From the NCBI GenBank assembly GCA_040954595.2, contig CM082596.2, forward strand, positions 8,445,124 through 8,509,123: 64,000 bases of DNA, given 5' to 3'. This DNA comes from Balanoglossus misakiensis (lineage: Eukaryota; Animalia; Hemichordata). A program made the position numbers and the translations under genes. Of the stretch, positions 29,801 to 42,006 are shown one piece after another. The first letter of the stretch is position 1; the number at the start of each line of letters is the position of its first letter. Under the pieces are notes generated by a model, which was given only the letters and a program-made list of their open reading frames with translations, had not been told where the DNA came from and did no database searches.

Positions 29801-32800
29801 TTATCCTGCAATGGTAGGGACAAGTATGTGGTCTATTTTAACAGCACTATCGCTAAAAATTCCTGTTGCGAAAAAATGGTTGGATTGGCTACCATTGTCG
29901 AGTTCCATTCTGGTCCTAACCCAAACCCCCCCCCCCCCCCCCTGTACGAATGGAATATGTGCACAGTATCACCTTGTTGTCCAAATTTGAGTTTGATTTA
30001 AAACAATGCAGTCAAATGATACTCACAATTGAACACACTGTTTTGATGTCCAATTCCACACATATACACCACCATCTACAGAAACTCCCACAACATGGTC
30101 GCCGTCCAATGACCACAATGTTATAGACAAGGGATGTTGGATTCTCTCATCTTGTAGTTTGCACACTTGCGTCCACTTGTCCCTTTCATAAACATGAATC
30201 GACTTCTCAACAGGAACTGCAAGATACTACACCAGAAATACAGCAAATTTCATTCGCAATAAGAAACACACCTAATGGCCTGTGAAACTGAAAGTTATGA
30301 CACTTCAGAAGTCTTACACTTAGATGGTAAATTTAAAAATAACAACAACAAAAACAAGTTTATCATAAATACACAAATTCCGACAAATACTAATGGTAGT
30401 AGTTCTTATATATTTACCTTGCCATGGCCTGGTTGGAAAGACAATCTGCATAATGTCTTAGAAATGCTGTGAATAACAAGATAGTTTTGTGTCATTAAAA
30501 TCTCGGTTATGGTTTGTGTAATTAATATGCAATTTATGAAATTCTGGATTACTTTTTAACACATGCCAACTAAAATGTTTAATTCTTAGTTTTCAAAAAG
30601 ACTGCTCACACACTCTAAGTAATGTAGGCTATCAGTTTTTCTTTAAAAAAATGCTTGAGGTGCGCACAGCTGGTATGGTGGTAACCAAGCCAATGATATG
30701 ATCTTATAATTAACCTTCAATTGATATGATCAATCAATCAATCAATCAAACTTTCCACAATCCTTATTATTGTTGTTTATTTTTAGACTAAGCCACCTCT
30801 GATTGGTTAATTACTTTGTGCACTCCTGTAACAGGTGTGCAGAACGCTATTGACAACAGGTGCAAGAGACTCAATTATTTCTAAACTACACGCTATTCAC
30901 AGTTCTCAGAGTGTTTGGTTGTAGAACAAATGCCTACATGAAACGAAAATTCTCAAAGTAAATAGCAATCTTCAATGCTTACCTGACATCACTACACTTG
31001 GTCAGTAAAGGCCACGACTGAACACAACTCTGGCAGGGGAAAGAAGTTCAAGAACACAATATGTCAATGAACACCAAACTACAAGGCTATATAAACTACC
31101 CAGCAAGGTACACTGTACTGGAACTTAATTTTTCATTTTCACTGATTTAATTTTAATACGATCGACCACTTTGAATTTCAATAATACTATCAAAGTCAAT
31201 TTATAACGTATAGAAAAAAAATGCAGACATTTGATGTAATTTTGTAATTTCTGAAACACTTTGTATAATGAAGTTACATCTTTTCCGTACCTGGTCTTCT
31301 GTCTTCCATACTTTGACATGACCGTCGCAGCTCGATGATGCAATATATTCTGCTTTGGGATCTAATGCAACACTGAGAATTGGTGCTTCGTGACCAACAA
31401 AAACTTTCTGACTGCTTCTGTCTTCCACTGTCACTAACTTGACGTGAAAATCACTGCAACAGACGACCAAACATTTCACTTATTGGGAAACAAAGGGTCA
31501 GCATCTGTGCGAAAACTTCCAATAGGCTAGGGTTTATTCACTGCTTCTGGAAGTTTTCGCGTCATAAAAAATGAGCTAGTTGGTTTTATTAAAATCCAAG
31601 ACACACTTTGTATGATAGTTACGACACCTTGCATTCACGCAAATTTGAGCTGAATATCTCAAAGTATTAACACAAAATATCCAGAAAACTGGCTTTTGGA
31701 AAGTAATGTAAATTGCTTGTCGTGTGATAGTTGTGCAAACAATAGTAACCAAGATGTTCTCCTATATCTAAGCTTTCAGAAAATATATAGTCTTCAGGGA
31801 TTCTGAGCTCGATAATTAACAATGTTTATTTCAAAAAGTGAATTTCTTAACTCGTATCATACAAGAGTGTGAATCCCTTATATGAAAGTTGTCAGAACTT
31901 CCAAACCTTTAACTGGAGAACAATAGTTTTTTATCAACTGAAGATTGTACAAAGAGATTTTAAATGCATTGTGAGCAGTAACTTACTCAGAGCCAGCTAG
32001 TAACAGGTCACCTGAAGAGCTCAGACACAAATGATTGACAGGTGCTGTAAATCTTGTGATAATACCGTCTGGTAAGCCTTCCGGGAAGGTTAGAGCTTGG
32101 ACGGTGTTGTTGTCTGCATTGGTGTACACTCGACCATTCTACGGAAAACAAATGTATTCTTCGCTATCAAATGACGTCAGACGCATTCAGGTGGCAGTTA
32201 CGTTCGCATTCAAATTTACAGATGACGGGCAACTTCAGCAACGTGGACTTACGTGGTGCAGACAAAGACTGTGCAGATGAAATGCAACGAGGCTGATGAG
32301 ATACCATACCTGATACATGTTACGTGTCTGGCGGTTCTAAAGTAAAAACATACTCGGAAAATCTTTTACTGGATGCTGAAATATTGCTTGCCCGTCATCT
32401 GGAAATGACTGCGCCATGGGACACATTGCCAGATCACGTGATTGATAGTAAAGAATAGTCCTGGATGATGACATATGCAGCGGTATAGTGAAGCATCGTT
32501 TACAAACAGGGGGATCTTTGCCGGAATCATTTTTTGGGTGGTGGTGGTGATAGGGGGGGGGGGGGTTGTGCATGATTTTGGCAATCAACAAACTCCTTTG
32601 ATTTCATAAAAAAACACTGTACTAGTGTACTGTACTGGCACCTGGTTAAATATTATCCGGCGCCAACTTTACCCCCCCCCCCCCCCCCCCCCCCCACAAG
32701 TAATGGTTCCTTGTGGGGGTAGGCCGAGGGGTGTTGTGAGGGCGAGTGTGCAATGAGTGTCCAGTGACACATTTCCTTGGCTGACAACCAATTCATGAAT

Positions 32801-33083
32801 ATGGTAGTCACAACTAACTACCAGGCAAAAAAGTTAATTTGAAGCCCTATCATGGAACGTATGAACCATTCACAACTTCTGGGTAGTCCCATACCTTAAC
32901 AGCAACTGTGCGAGTTAGGTCACCAACACCTATAGTTTGTGGATCTTCATCATCAATGTCCTTCCATATTCTCAGGTCCCCATCACTACCACAAGTTAAG
33001 AGATGTTCACCATTGTCTTGGTAACAAACATCAGTGTGACCTTCACTGTGTCCATAACGCAACTGTTTCTTTTCCAGAGTCAT
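17815..33083 (-). CDS. WDHD1: WD repeat and HMG-box DNA-binding protein 1 (AND-1/Ctf4), 22 coding exons
   Basis: GT-AG exons that keep frame: 33083-32895, 32138-31987, 31453-31291, 31029-30983, 30466-30418, 30226-30027, 29438-29300, 29042-28802, 28053-27896, 27533-27346, 27255-27174, 27007-26842, 26458-26341, 25643-25538, 24532-24356, 23297-23166, 22578-22346, 22075-21948, 21007-20843, 19220-19091, 18463-18328, 18024-17815. N-terminus LRYGHSEGHTDVC (WD40); SepB region QRAFQPSATP..RFMVWNSVG..IEIEFHDTSLHH; HMG box AFQFWLQENK..WRKL; C-terminus TNTKLAGFVFQKD* resembles the vertebrate end. Confidence 0.95.
19377..20822. mobile_element. TTAA foldback MITE (family B) interrupted by a 1.1-kb hairpin-ended insertion (19678-20780)
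   Basis: Family-B sequence runs to ..CAAACATAAT (19682) and resumes TAATGGGAAAAGGGCAGCG..CCCTTTAA at 20781. The insert carries a ~75-bp-arm hairpin (19686-19872) and ATAAT at both ends. Confidence 0.8.
22642..22852. mobile_element. MITE family A (~210 bp, TA-flanked, Tc1/mariner-type termini)
   Basis: TIR TACTGTAAAACACTTTATTTTCGCGAG...CTCGCGAAAATAAAGTGTTTTACAGTA; at least 7 close copies in the window. Confidence 0.9.
22860..23125 (+). mobile_element. 3' fragment of an L2/CR1-type LINE
   Basis: Translates as LCVPKYRLKTYGGRAFSVVAPQLWNSLPSDIQQASSLNIFKQ, a typical L2/CR1 ORF2 C-terminus, then frameshifts; ends in a (GATT)n tail. Confidence 0.8.
23494..23845. mobile_element. MITE family B (~350-bp foldback, TTAA-flanked, AGGG termini, Kolobok-like)
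   Basis: TTAAAGGGACAAAGTCTCTCTC...GAGAGAGACTTTGTCTCTTTAA, nearly palindromic throughout. Partial copies at ~2935-3148, 27075-27143 and 42676-42895. Confidence 0.85.
24902..25255. mobile_element. MITE family B copy
   Basis: Same TIRs and internal palindrome as 23494-23845; TTAA at both ends. Confidence 0.85.
26050..26316. repeat. Dispersed repeat, second copy at ~44190-44444
   Basis: Shared sequence TATACGATTTTCACCATTGTCAAA...GGACCAAAATTGTCCGGACAATGGCCGGCCAGACC...TAATGTGAACGGCCTA. Confidence 0.75.
28250..28710. repeat. Inverted pair of a dispersed repeat, also present at ~42160-42380
   Basis: TTTTCACCCAA..CCTGAT..CCGACA mirrored by TGTCGGAGATCGGGAAA..TTGGGTGAAAAG; related sequence in the last GLOD4 intron. 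Boundaries approximate. Confidence 0.6.
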
Positions 33084-33132
33084 TCTGTTGACAATTGTAA
33101 GATACAAGACTTTTATTTGCACTCTATTTTAA

Positions 33133-33342
33133 TACTGTAAAACACTTTATTTTCACGAGTTGGAATTTTCGCGATATCAAGGAGGCCACTGTTTCGCGAG
33201 TATTAATTTTCGCGTTTTCTTATTTCATTCACTGCATCGTTATCATCGAAAAAATTTACGCGACTTTTTATTTTCACGCTATTTTGGCTCTTGAGTATTT
33301 CGCTTAAATTTATTGCTCGCGAAAATAACATGTTTTACAGTA
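33133..33342. mobile_element. MITE family A copy
   Basis: TACTGTAAAACAC...TGTTTTACAGTA, about 50 nt upstream of the acceptor of the first WDHD1 coding exon. Confidence 0.88.
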
Positions 33343-34120
33343 ATCAGAAGCTGGCAAAAGGAGCTGTCAGCAGCAATAATTTGCTAGCTGTGAAAATCAG
33401 GGATATTTGCACAAATATAGTGTGCTTGTAAATGTTTATTAAAACAATGTATCATTACTTCAGTATTATTACATTCTTAATTTAATTTACTTTGGTCATA
33501 TGTACTGGTTGACAGGGTCTCCCCAAACAATGGGAACAATGATGTTTTGTTTATATTATAATCTTCAAAGTTGCACAAGAGAAAATGGCAGTAACAAATT
33601 TATCAACCTCTTTTATAAAGTGAGCAATATATTGCTGTGAACAGTAAAAGTTGGTGTGTCAAATTTCTTCCTAAGTTCAGTGAAAAAAAAATTTTTTTTT
33701 TTCTTCCGCAAAACCGTTGCACTATTAATAAACTCTAAAAGTTCATTTTCATTCACATCACAATACCTTCAACTTGTCACGGTCACTCCATCCAGTGTGG
33801 AGTGACCGTGAACTTGTTCAAGGTAATACAAGATAGTGCCGCTGAGAGAGAAATATGTATACTTTTTTATAAACTGTCAAAATCATAAAAGCTACGAGTA
33901 ATGTACTTTCCCTTTCATTTCACTCATATATTTTATTTAGCAGGTTTCAATCACTGGCCACTCTCTAATTGAAACCTGGCAGTGTTACACTTACAGTAAA
34001 CTAAACCTCGATGTAAAAAACAAACAACCCTAACCCTAACAATCTCACTTGTTTTATAAACTTTTTGAGAGTAATACTGTGTACGTTTCACTGCTTCCGC
34101 TACGAACAGACGCCCCTTAC

Positions 34121-34470
34121 CTTCCAGATGTGTTTTGGTCTCCAACAACAAATGGGGACGGGGAAGTGCAGGCGACCCAGGTGCACAGCCTTAAAATACA
34201 GGAAGTGATTTTAAGACTCGCGCCAAATTTTATATCACGTGATCTATATGTGGCCTATTTTTGCAAACTGGGCTTTCTGTGTAGCACAGTTACGGCAAAA
34301 TATGATTGCTACTTTATATTTATTGGACAGAGATATTGCTAGTCCACTGCCGAAAAGCAAAACGGTCAATTGCCATGGTGAAGTAAGAAAGAACGCCTCT
34401 CGTGATTGACGAGACATTGCGATAGCGAGATACGGAATTTCCCTGTGACGTCACCACCGCCATGTTTGGT
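34121..34470. promoter_or_regulatory. Bidirectional promoter region of WDHD1 and SOCS, including a probable non-coding WDHD1 exon 1
   Basis: Minus-strand donor GAAG|GTAAGG at 34121/34120; E2F site TTTGGCGCG (minus, 34219-34227); ETS CAGGAAGTG (34199-34207); E-box TCACGTGA (34236-34243); kB-like GGAATTTCCC (34434-34443); CRE TGACGTCA (34446-34453); YY1-like CCGCCATGTT (34457-34466). Motif function is inferred. Confidence 0.6.
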
Positions 34471-34842
34471 CTTGTCTTTCTTTCCTGTTAATTCTATCGA
34501 GCGTAGGCAGCCATAGGTATTTGAATCATTTCTGTCTGGATGAGGTCTCGCACGTTTACCAAAATGGTCGGATTTTCTTGAACATTTTCAGACGAATTGA
34601 CTGTTGTAGTGGACGAGGGCTCTTTTGATGGTGTGTTGGTGTGTGAAGGCCAGGGAACGGGTCGGGCCTGTTGAGCTGCCCGCTGTGTGGATATCATATT
34701 CGTTTGGTTACGGTGAACAAAAATAGCTGAGGGAGTGCCAGGTCGAGGGCCATACAGCTGACGTAAGCTATATATCCGGACAAACGTTTGTACTTCAGTA
34801 GTCGTACTAGTTTCGCAACCAGTCAGTTCGAACCAGGAAGAA

Positions 34843-36309
34843 ATGGCTTCGTCTGGTCGGAAATCCGCACCCGTCCGCAACGACGACGAAGACCCCGACA
34901 AAATCACAGTGGAGAGAGAAGGCATCGAAGATCCTTCAGAAAGCCAACCTACCACATTGGTACATGTGTCAGAAAAATCAGCGCCCGAAAGAAAGTCGCC
35001 GTCATTGAGAAAGAAACTCGGCTTGAAGTTGAACTTGTCATCCCGAGCCTCGAGTCCCAAAAAGGAGAAGAAATCAAAGCAGCCACCACAACAACCGACA
35101 GAATGCCAGCCAGACACTGTCACCAGTTTTACACCCAAACCAAGACGGAAGAATAAATTCTGGCTGTTCGGACTCAAATCAAAATCTCACTCAAAAGACG
35201 AATCCAGCAGCCACCACCAACTAACGGAATGCTGCTCTCCGTGTTCACGTTCAAGGTCTTTCAGAGAGCGTTTGAGGCGAAGGGCTTCAAGAGAAAATGG
35301 TGCGAATTGTGATTACACCCACATTACAAACGGAAGTAGCAGACACTGTCATCTTGAGGGACCTGGAGTTGTTTTCACCAGCAATAGGAAAACAAGAACT
35401 TTTAATCCAGATGATTATCCCATTACAGATGTGGATGAGAAAATGCGGGAAGTTCGTGCTCGTGAAATGGAAGAAGGTGTGCCCTTGGACGTGCCTTCAC
35501 CGAGTAAAAGTAGTAAAATCGACATCAACACACCTGTACCACCTCCTGAGAGAAAATCCTCGGCAGATGCTATGAATGAACAGTTGCATCAGTTGGACTG
35601 TTCTCTTTCTAACGGCTGTGTGATACGAGAGAGAGTACAGAAAGTAGCCTGCCAAGAAACCATACCAAGATCGGACGGTGGAAGTGTTGTATCGGATTCA
35701 AGTGTACATATGGTTGGACAGTATGGGTGTCTGACACCGAATGGATCGTATGCTCCAAGAACTGTACACACACAAATTGACTACATACACTGTCTTGTGC
35801 CAGATCTGACTAGCATTGCCAACAGCAGTTTTTATTGGGGAAAGATGGATCGATACGAAGCGGAGAAGCAATTGGAATCCAAACCAGAGGGTACGTTTCT
35901 CCTCCGGGATAGTGCGCAAGAAGAATTCCTGTTTTCTGTCAGTTTCAGACGGTACGGTAGATCACTGCATGCGAGGATTGAACAGTGGAACCACAAGTTC
36001 AGCTTTGATGCCCACGACCCTGGTGTGTTCTCAGCGGACACAGTCTGTGGACTCCTGGAACACTACAAGGATCCCAACTTTTGTATGTTCTTTGAACCGA
36101 TGTTAACTATTCCACTGCCTCGACCAAATCCTGTATCATTACAACACCTTTGCAGAGCCGTTATATGTGGGCATATGAGATATGACGACATAAAACAGCT
36201 CTGTTTGCCATCTTCCCTACGACAGTATCTCCGAGAATACCATTACAAACAGAAAGTAAGAGTACGCCGGTTCGAAATTGATGGCCCAACAGAAAGGGAA
36301 GTTACGTAG
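34843..36309 (+). CDS. SOCS4/5: Suppressor of cytokine signalling, SOCS4/SOCS5 subfamily, intronless CDS, 488 aa
   Basis: HTQIDYIHCLVPDL motif, SH2 domain (YWGKMDRYEAE..GTFLLRDSAQEEFLFSVSFRRY..LHARIEQWNH) and SOCS box (SLQHLCRAVI..LPSSLRQYLREYHYKQKVRVR). Confidence 0.96.
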   Translation: MASSGRKSAPVRNDDEDPDKITVEREGIEDPSESQPTTLVHVSEKSAPERKSPSLRKKLGLKLNLSSRASSPKKEKKSKQPPQQPTECQPDTVTSFTPKPRRKNKFWLFGLKSKSHSKDESSSHHQLTECCSPCSRSRSFRERLRRRASRENGANCDYTHITNGSSRHCHLEGPGVVFTSNRKTRTFNPDDYPITDVDEKMREVRAREMEEGVPLDVPSPSKSSKIDINTPVPPPERKSSADAMNEQLHQLDCSLSNGCVIRERVQKVACQETIPRSDGGSVVSDSSVHMVGQYGCLTPNGSYAPRTVHTQIDYIHCLVPDLTSIANSSFYWGKMDRYEAEKQLESKPEGTFLLRDSAQEEFLFSVSFRRYGRSLHARIEQWNHKFSFDAHDPGVFSADTVCGLLEHYKDPNFCMFFEPMLTIPLPRPNPVSLQHLCRAVICGHMRYDDIKQLCLPSSLRQYLREYHYKQKVRVRRFEIDGPTEREVT

Positions 36310-37557
36310 AGCACAAGTCACAATTGTCTGACTGGAAAATGGTCATGTACGTATGCAAGTCAGAAGTTACTTGGCCAAATCTATATTCAGATTTCTAATT
36401 TCTTTGCATTATTTACAGTACTTTACATTGTATTTCAATGGTGCAGCTGCATTGAGTACCAAGAATTAAATGTGTATACCCGATCAGGTTTCATGTACAG
36501 TATCTCGGGGAAATTCCCCAACTGGGAATTCCCAACTACAGACAGTGTACTAGTACCTACTATCATATGAAGTCAGGACAGCTTCATTCCAATGTTGCCC
36601 TTAGTTTCTATGACTCATAGCAGAATACCATCACCTGTTATTTTAGACGTGTACTCAGTACTTGGATCAGGAAGTCTCTTACTGTTGAGGTCATTTGAAT
36701 ATTGCGTGGGCAGAGAGGGGTTGGTACATTGCATGCCTTTTTAGTAATCACAAAAGAAGTGGTAGTCATATTTGCCCGCAACGTGTCATGTATTGTTCTT
36801 GGCTATTAACCATTCAAGTGCTTTGTTTTACGATTCTTTAAACTGCTTGAAATAACATAGAAAAAAAAGTTCATGTTTCTACATGAGATGTAGATGTGCC
36901 ATAGTACTTTAATTTATAAATTGATAGAGTTGAAGAGTAGTTATACACATTCCAATAGAATATCAGGTCACAAAAATAGTTTTTGATGAAACATGTATAT
37001 ACACTGGTCTTAAAATACACAAATATAATTAAAAGATTTTTAGTCGAACAATGATAGTATTGCATGCAACAGGAACCCCCACCCCACTTTTGTGTCAGCA
37101 GACCTCTTCTTTGTATTATATTGTTGAACTGAAGTTCATTACATGTATGTTCACTCTTGGATATTTCCACAAACTCGTTACTTTAAAAGTTGGGTTATTA
37201 TTTCTGAGTCAGCAAGTGTAGTCATATTTTCCCACAACGTGTCATGTACTATAATTTACGACTTTTTCAAACACTTATTTGTATAATATAATATAACATG
37301 TATCATGAATCACATGACTTGTGTTGAATCAAACTTGTATGCATTGTGTATTGGTATGTCCCTGACTCACAAAACTATACATGTCACGGAATTCACAACT
37401 AACTTAGTGACATAACGTACATTTTCAACCTAAATCTAAAATTGGAATACACCTGTCCAAACCCAAGCCAAAGAGGAAATGTATTATCCCAGACTAAATC
37501 TGTTGTCCTCCATTTTAAAGCAGTAGAAGTGAACTGATAAATTATTGACATGCTAAT

Positions 37558-37768
37558 TACTGTAAAACACTTTATTTTCGCAAGTTTAAATTTTCGCGAT
37601 ATTGAGAGAGGCCACTGTTTCGCGAATATTAATTTTCGCGTTCTCTTATTTCATTCACTGCATTGTTATTGTCAAAAAAAATTACGTGACTTTTTATTTT
37701 CACGCTATTTTGGCTCTCGCGTATTTCCCGAAAATGTATTGCTCGTGAAAATAAATGGTTTTACAGTA
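37558..37768. mobile_element. MITE family A copy
   Basis: Family-A TIRs and internal GAGAGAGGCCACTGTTTCGCGA motif. Confidence 0.88.
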
Positions 37769-39048
37769 TATCACTTACCAACTATTTGTTAGAGAACATC
37801 AATGGCTATGTAGATACATGGTCTTTGGAAACTGTTCACAGCACTTGATTACTTGGCTGTAGGAGAAGTATCCACTCTACTGCACTGTATACAGTATTTG
37901 TTGGCCGTGGGTGGTACCCCTTTCGTTGTGGACTGGAGAGTTCTGTAGTGTAAACAGCAACAAGACCAGATATGACAGATTTGTTTTGTGTAGGCTGAGC
38001 ACTTGCTGCAGTGCTGTAATGTATGGACTGAGGGACTGTTGCAGATTGTCGCAGAACTTCAAAAATCATCCTGTATTTCGGGAAAGGAGTTTGACGTCAG
38101 TGTTGTGAACTTTTACATTTATCTGCTGACTATATAATATTATTTTATACATGGAAAACAGCACACGGGTAAGAATGAATTTTACAAATGTTGTAACACT
38201 CAATTTGCCATTTGTTAAGAAGAAATGCCGGCTACATCAAAACGTCTCAGTTAGTTTCATTATGGGGAGGGGTTTTCATGTAAACATTTGCAGAATTATG
38301 CAGCAGTCCATAAAACGTCTTCAAGATCTCTCTATATCGACTAAGGTACATGTATTTTACCCTGGGGACTCCTATGCGTATTTTAAGTGATATGCAAGAA
38401 AATGTTCACATGTTCTAGCAAATCCTTGTGAAATGTCATTTAGAGGTCATGGTGACATGTCAAAACACTATGGGTCAGTAGTTTCAGTGCAGCTTTTTCT
38501 ACCAGTCTTCCAGCTGACTTAATATGTTAACAATTACATTTTTCTGAACTAAAACATTGCTAAAAGGGGAATTTACCTAAATTGATGATTTTTCCCTGGT
38601 GTCCCCATGAGACTGATGGTGAAGAGCATGTGATGTTGTCACCCATGGAAGCTGGTATGCTCATTACCAAGTTACAGGGACAAAGTTCGAATTAATTTAA
38701 CTACTATTTTTGCTTTGTGTGTGAAAAGTGTGTTTTGCTTTATACTAACACAAAATGAACTGTTGTTTTTTGAAAGCCTACAATTACATGTACATAATGT
38801 GTTATATTTCCACGTCATAATTAAATTTTGGTTAATACGTGAAATTATTTAAAGCCCCAGTAACTCTAACTTTTGGCTATTTTTTCAATATTTCTTGTAC
38901 TATTCTTGACAACTTCGTGTAATATTCAATCTGTCTTCTGAATACAGTCAGTATGTGAGTAACATCCAATATATTTGACAAACAAAATCTTGACTTGAAT
39001 TCAATTTTCAACAATAACAATGCTGATTACTGCAACAGGGCTGTGTTG

Positions 39049-39234
39049 AAATATAGAAATAATGGACGACGCCCTGACCATTAACATAATTTGTTCATGG
39101 GCGAGGGCGAGAGGAAAGAAAAATTCATGGGCGAGGCTTCTGAGCCCATGAATTTCGACTTTTGGCTTTCCTCCAGCCCGCGCCCATAAACAAACGTTAA
39201 TGGTCAGGGCAGAGTCGGTTATTTCCATTATATT
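39049..39234. repeat. ~185-bp imperfect hairpin, probably a transposon end
   Basis: GCCCTGACCATTAAC (39071-39085) pairs with GTTAATGGTCAGGGC (39196-39210); AAATTCATGGGC pairs with GCCCATGAATTT around a short loop. Confidence 0.7.
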
Positions 39235-41027
39235 ACCAACGAAATCAAGAAAACCGTCAAAATTTACTAAAATGTCCCACGCAAAAGACTAGGGGCCCCG
39301 GGACTTGTGTTATGCAAAATGTTGTATTCACTGAACTGGCTAGTTTTTTCCAATCCTATAAATGTAAATGTTTTGTATAAAGTGCCTATTTATCTTGTAC
39401 TCAGTTACCAAACAACTCAAAGTTGCTGATTAAGAACACAACACAAGTCATATCTTCCTTTTCGAATTGCATCAGGAGGTTCTACCTGTCTATAGTGGCC
39501 AGTCAAGGGACTTTCCAAAACTGGCCTTTATAGACAGATCAATCAATATTCATGTAAACTGCACAGGGACCGTAAAAAAGTGGCCACGTTAGACAAGTTC
39601 CCACTATATAGAGGTGACCACTAATGCAGGTTCGACTGTACTTGAAGAGAAAAAGTCCAAATTCATTGTTTTCTATGGTAAGGTTGAACCTCAAAAGAGG
39701 GAACTGGGGGTGAAAGGGTTAAAAGCATTGAAATGGGTAATATGACTTGTGTTCATATCAGTGGGTTCTTGTTGCATGCTCTGATTAGTGTTAGGGATGG
39801 AAAGCTAGTGCCGGGGTGATTGTGTTTCTCATGATGGCAATGTAACTATCACAAATCAAAGTGATTTCAGATAGTTGACTTGTCGTGTAAATAAGCTGGC
39901 AGAGCCATACAATGTTGTAGAAAATTTTTTTTGTACCACCACAAACTCGGTCACAAGATCGGGTAGATACAAACCAGTTTATTGTAAACCCCTCTCCACT
40001 TCATAATCTGCCACGTGGATGATAGGGGTAACTGTTTAAATTTATCATTATTCATTGTAAGACATCACAATGCTAGTGATACTTTTGCAGTAATTGGAAA
40101 TCTTAAGTTTCACTAGGATAAAAGTACATAGTCAACAGGAATTCATCCAGATGTTAGTAATACTGAGATATTTTTCACTAAGAATGTTACAACTCAAATC
40201 TATTCAGAATCAAACGTATAATTTATTTCATATATTCTTGTCATTCTATAAGTTTTATGTGAGAAAAGTTTGAGAAAAATTTGAGTAAAAAGCTTCATGA
40301 CATTCACAATTCTGCATGTGTGTTTTCTTTAAAGCTGAACACATAGTACTACCGGTAGAAATTTCCCATGATTCATTCTGATTTGTACCATCAGAGATTC
40401 CTCAGACAAACCGGGCATAGTTCACATGTGTACAGAGAATTGTAGACCACTAATACAAATTTTGAGATTGTACTTTTAAGGTGAATCATATTGTCAATTA
40501 CCATTTAAAATGATTTAAAAAATTATGCATTATTGAGAGAGGAGATAAGAATTTTATAAAATAATCAAGCAATTGCATAGCCAGCCATACAAAAAAGTTT
40601 GAAGTAAAACATTGGTTATTTTAGACAGGCCCTGAGGCCTAGCACCGGTGCTACACGGTTGTTAACTGTCCAGTCTGTTTCCCCTTAATAGCAAGATACA
40701 ATGCATTCATTTCAAAAAGCCATACTGTACAACTTTGAAAATGAAAACCATCTGGAGGTGAGGTAATGCAGGAAAACAATTTGACTAGCTCCATGGGTAG
40801 TCTTTATGTAATATCATATCACTGATTGGCGGCCATTTATGGCATGGGGTATGTATGTACCCAAGTGCCCTGTATCTGTTATGCAGTCTGCAAACATATT
40901 ATTACACAGCTGGTCCTGGGCCAATTTTTGTGATGAATTGCTTGGGTTCTGATTTGGCAACTCTTATAAGCAAGGTCAGAGGTCATTAACCACGACCAGG
41001 TCGTGGTATTAAGTCATTTTCACATGT

Positions 41028-41120
41028 TTAACCCTTTCACCCCCATGGTTCAGTCCAAATCCACCGTTTTCTATGGTAAGGTGGGACCACTAAAGAGGGT
41101 ACTTGAGGTGAAAGGGTTAA
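41028..41120. mobile_element. 93-bp piggyBac-type MITE
   Basis: TTAA-CCCTTTCACC...GGTGAAAGGG-TTAA; related partial copies at ~39650-39722 and ~55615-55698. Confidence 0.75.
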
Positions 41121-42006
41121 TACTTCTGTAAATCGGGAAATTTTTGGGACAGGAAATTTTCACGATATCAAAAGAGGCAACTGTTAGGCGACAATTAGTT
41201 TTCGTGTTCTTGTATTTCACTGCATCGTTATCTCTGAAAAAATTGTTTACGCGACTTCTTTATATTCTCGTTTTTGGCCCTTGTGTAGTTTGAAAATTTC
41301 CCGTTTTACAGAATGTATCATTCATAGATAAATGCACACATACACAAACACACATACTGGTACATGATTCATACACATTTTAAGCCTATAATTCAGATTT
41401 CCATAAATTTATGGCAAATGAGCAGTGTAAGCTAAAGAACTTCCAGAGTAAATATTTATTTTCAAGTAAGAAAATACATGATTTCCAGGGTAATGTTATT
41501 ACATGGTTATGCACAAAATGCAGCCCTGTATGGACAAGGGCTTGTATTTTTGATGTGTGGTATCAATAACCTTCATGAAAATTGTTGTCATGTCTTTAAA
41601 TGCACTGTAAATTATTTTTGTTTACATTCAGCAGGTTAAAGGTCAAACGTCATCCATATTGGGACTCCATATACTAAAAAAATACAGAAAGTTATTGTAC
41701 GATCTAGTGCCAAAAGTTATGGTAGTAGTTGTATAATGAACCTATTATACAAATAATACAAATAATATTTTCGAAATATTACAGCAACCAGAAAAAGATT
41801 TCAGTGCTTGTTAATAAGTTTTCATCATTTACAGATATAGCTGTGCAAGAAAGCGACAGATAATAAATAGAGTGAATCAATTGTCAGTTTGCACAACTGA
41901 GAAAATGTGTTGTAGATGGTATCCTTTGGTGCCTTGAAACACAGTCACTGTGTGGAGTGACTGTGCTTGAAACCAACACGTTTGATAAGAATTGTCCAAT
42001 CAGCAG

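Noticed and set aside
32672-32695. Poly-C runs here and near 29925, 46975 and 47012 as G-quadruplex regulators
   Set aside because: Simple intronic homopolymers of uncertain length with no further support.
34494-35177. 227-aa ORF antisense to SOCS
   Set aside because: Shadow frame of a GC-richer coding region, with a non-ATG start and no recognisable motif.
37550-37792. Recurrent similar short ORFs (also at 2872, 23566, 24948, 45643, 46269, 61629)
   Set aside because: Translations of MITE families A and B, not a gene family.
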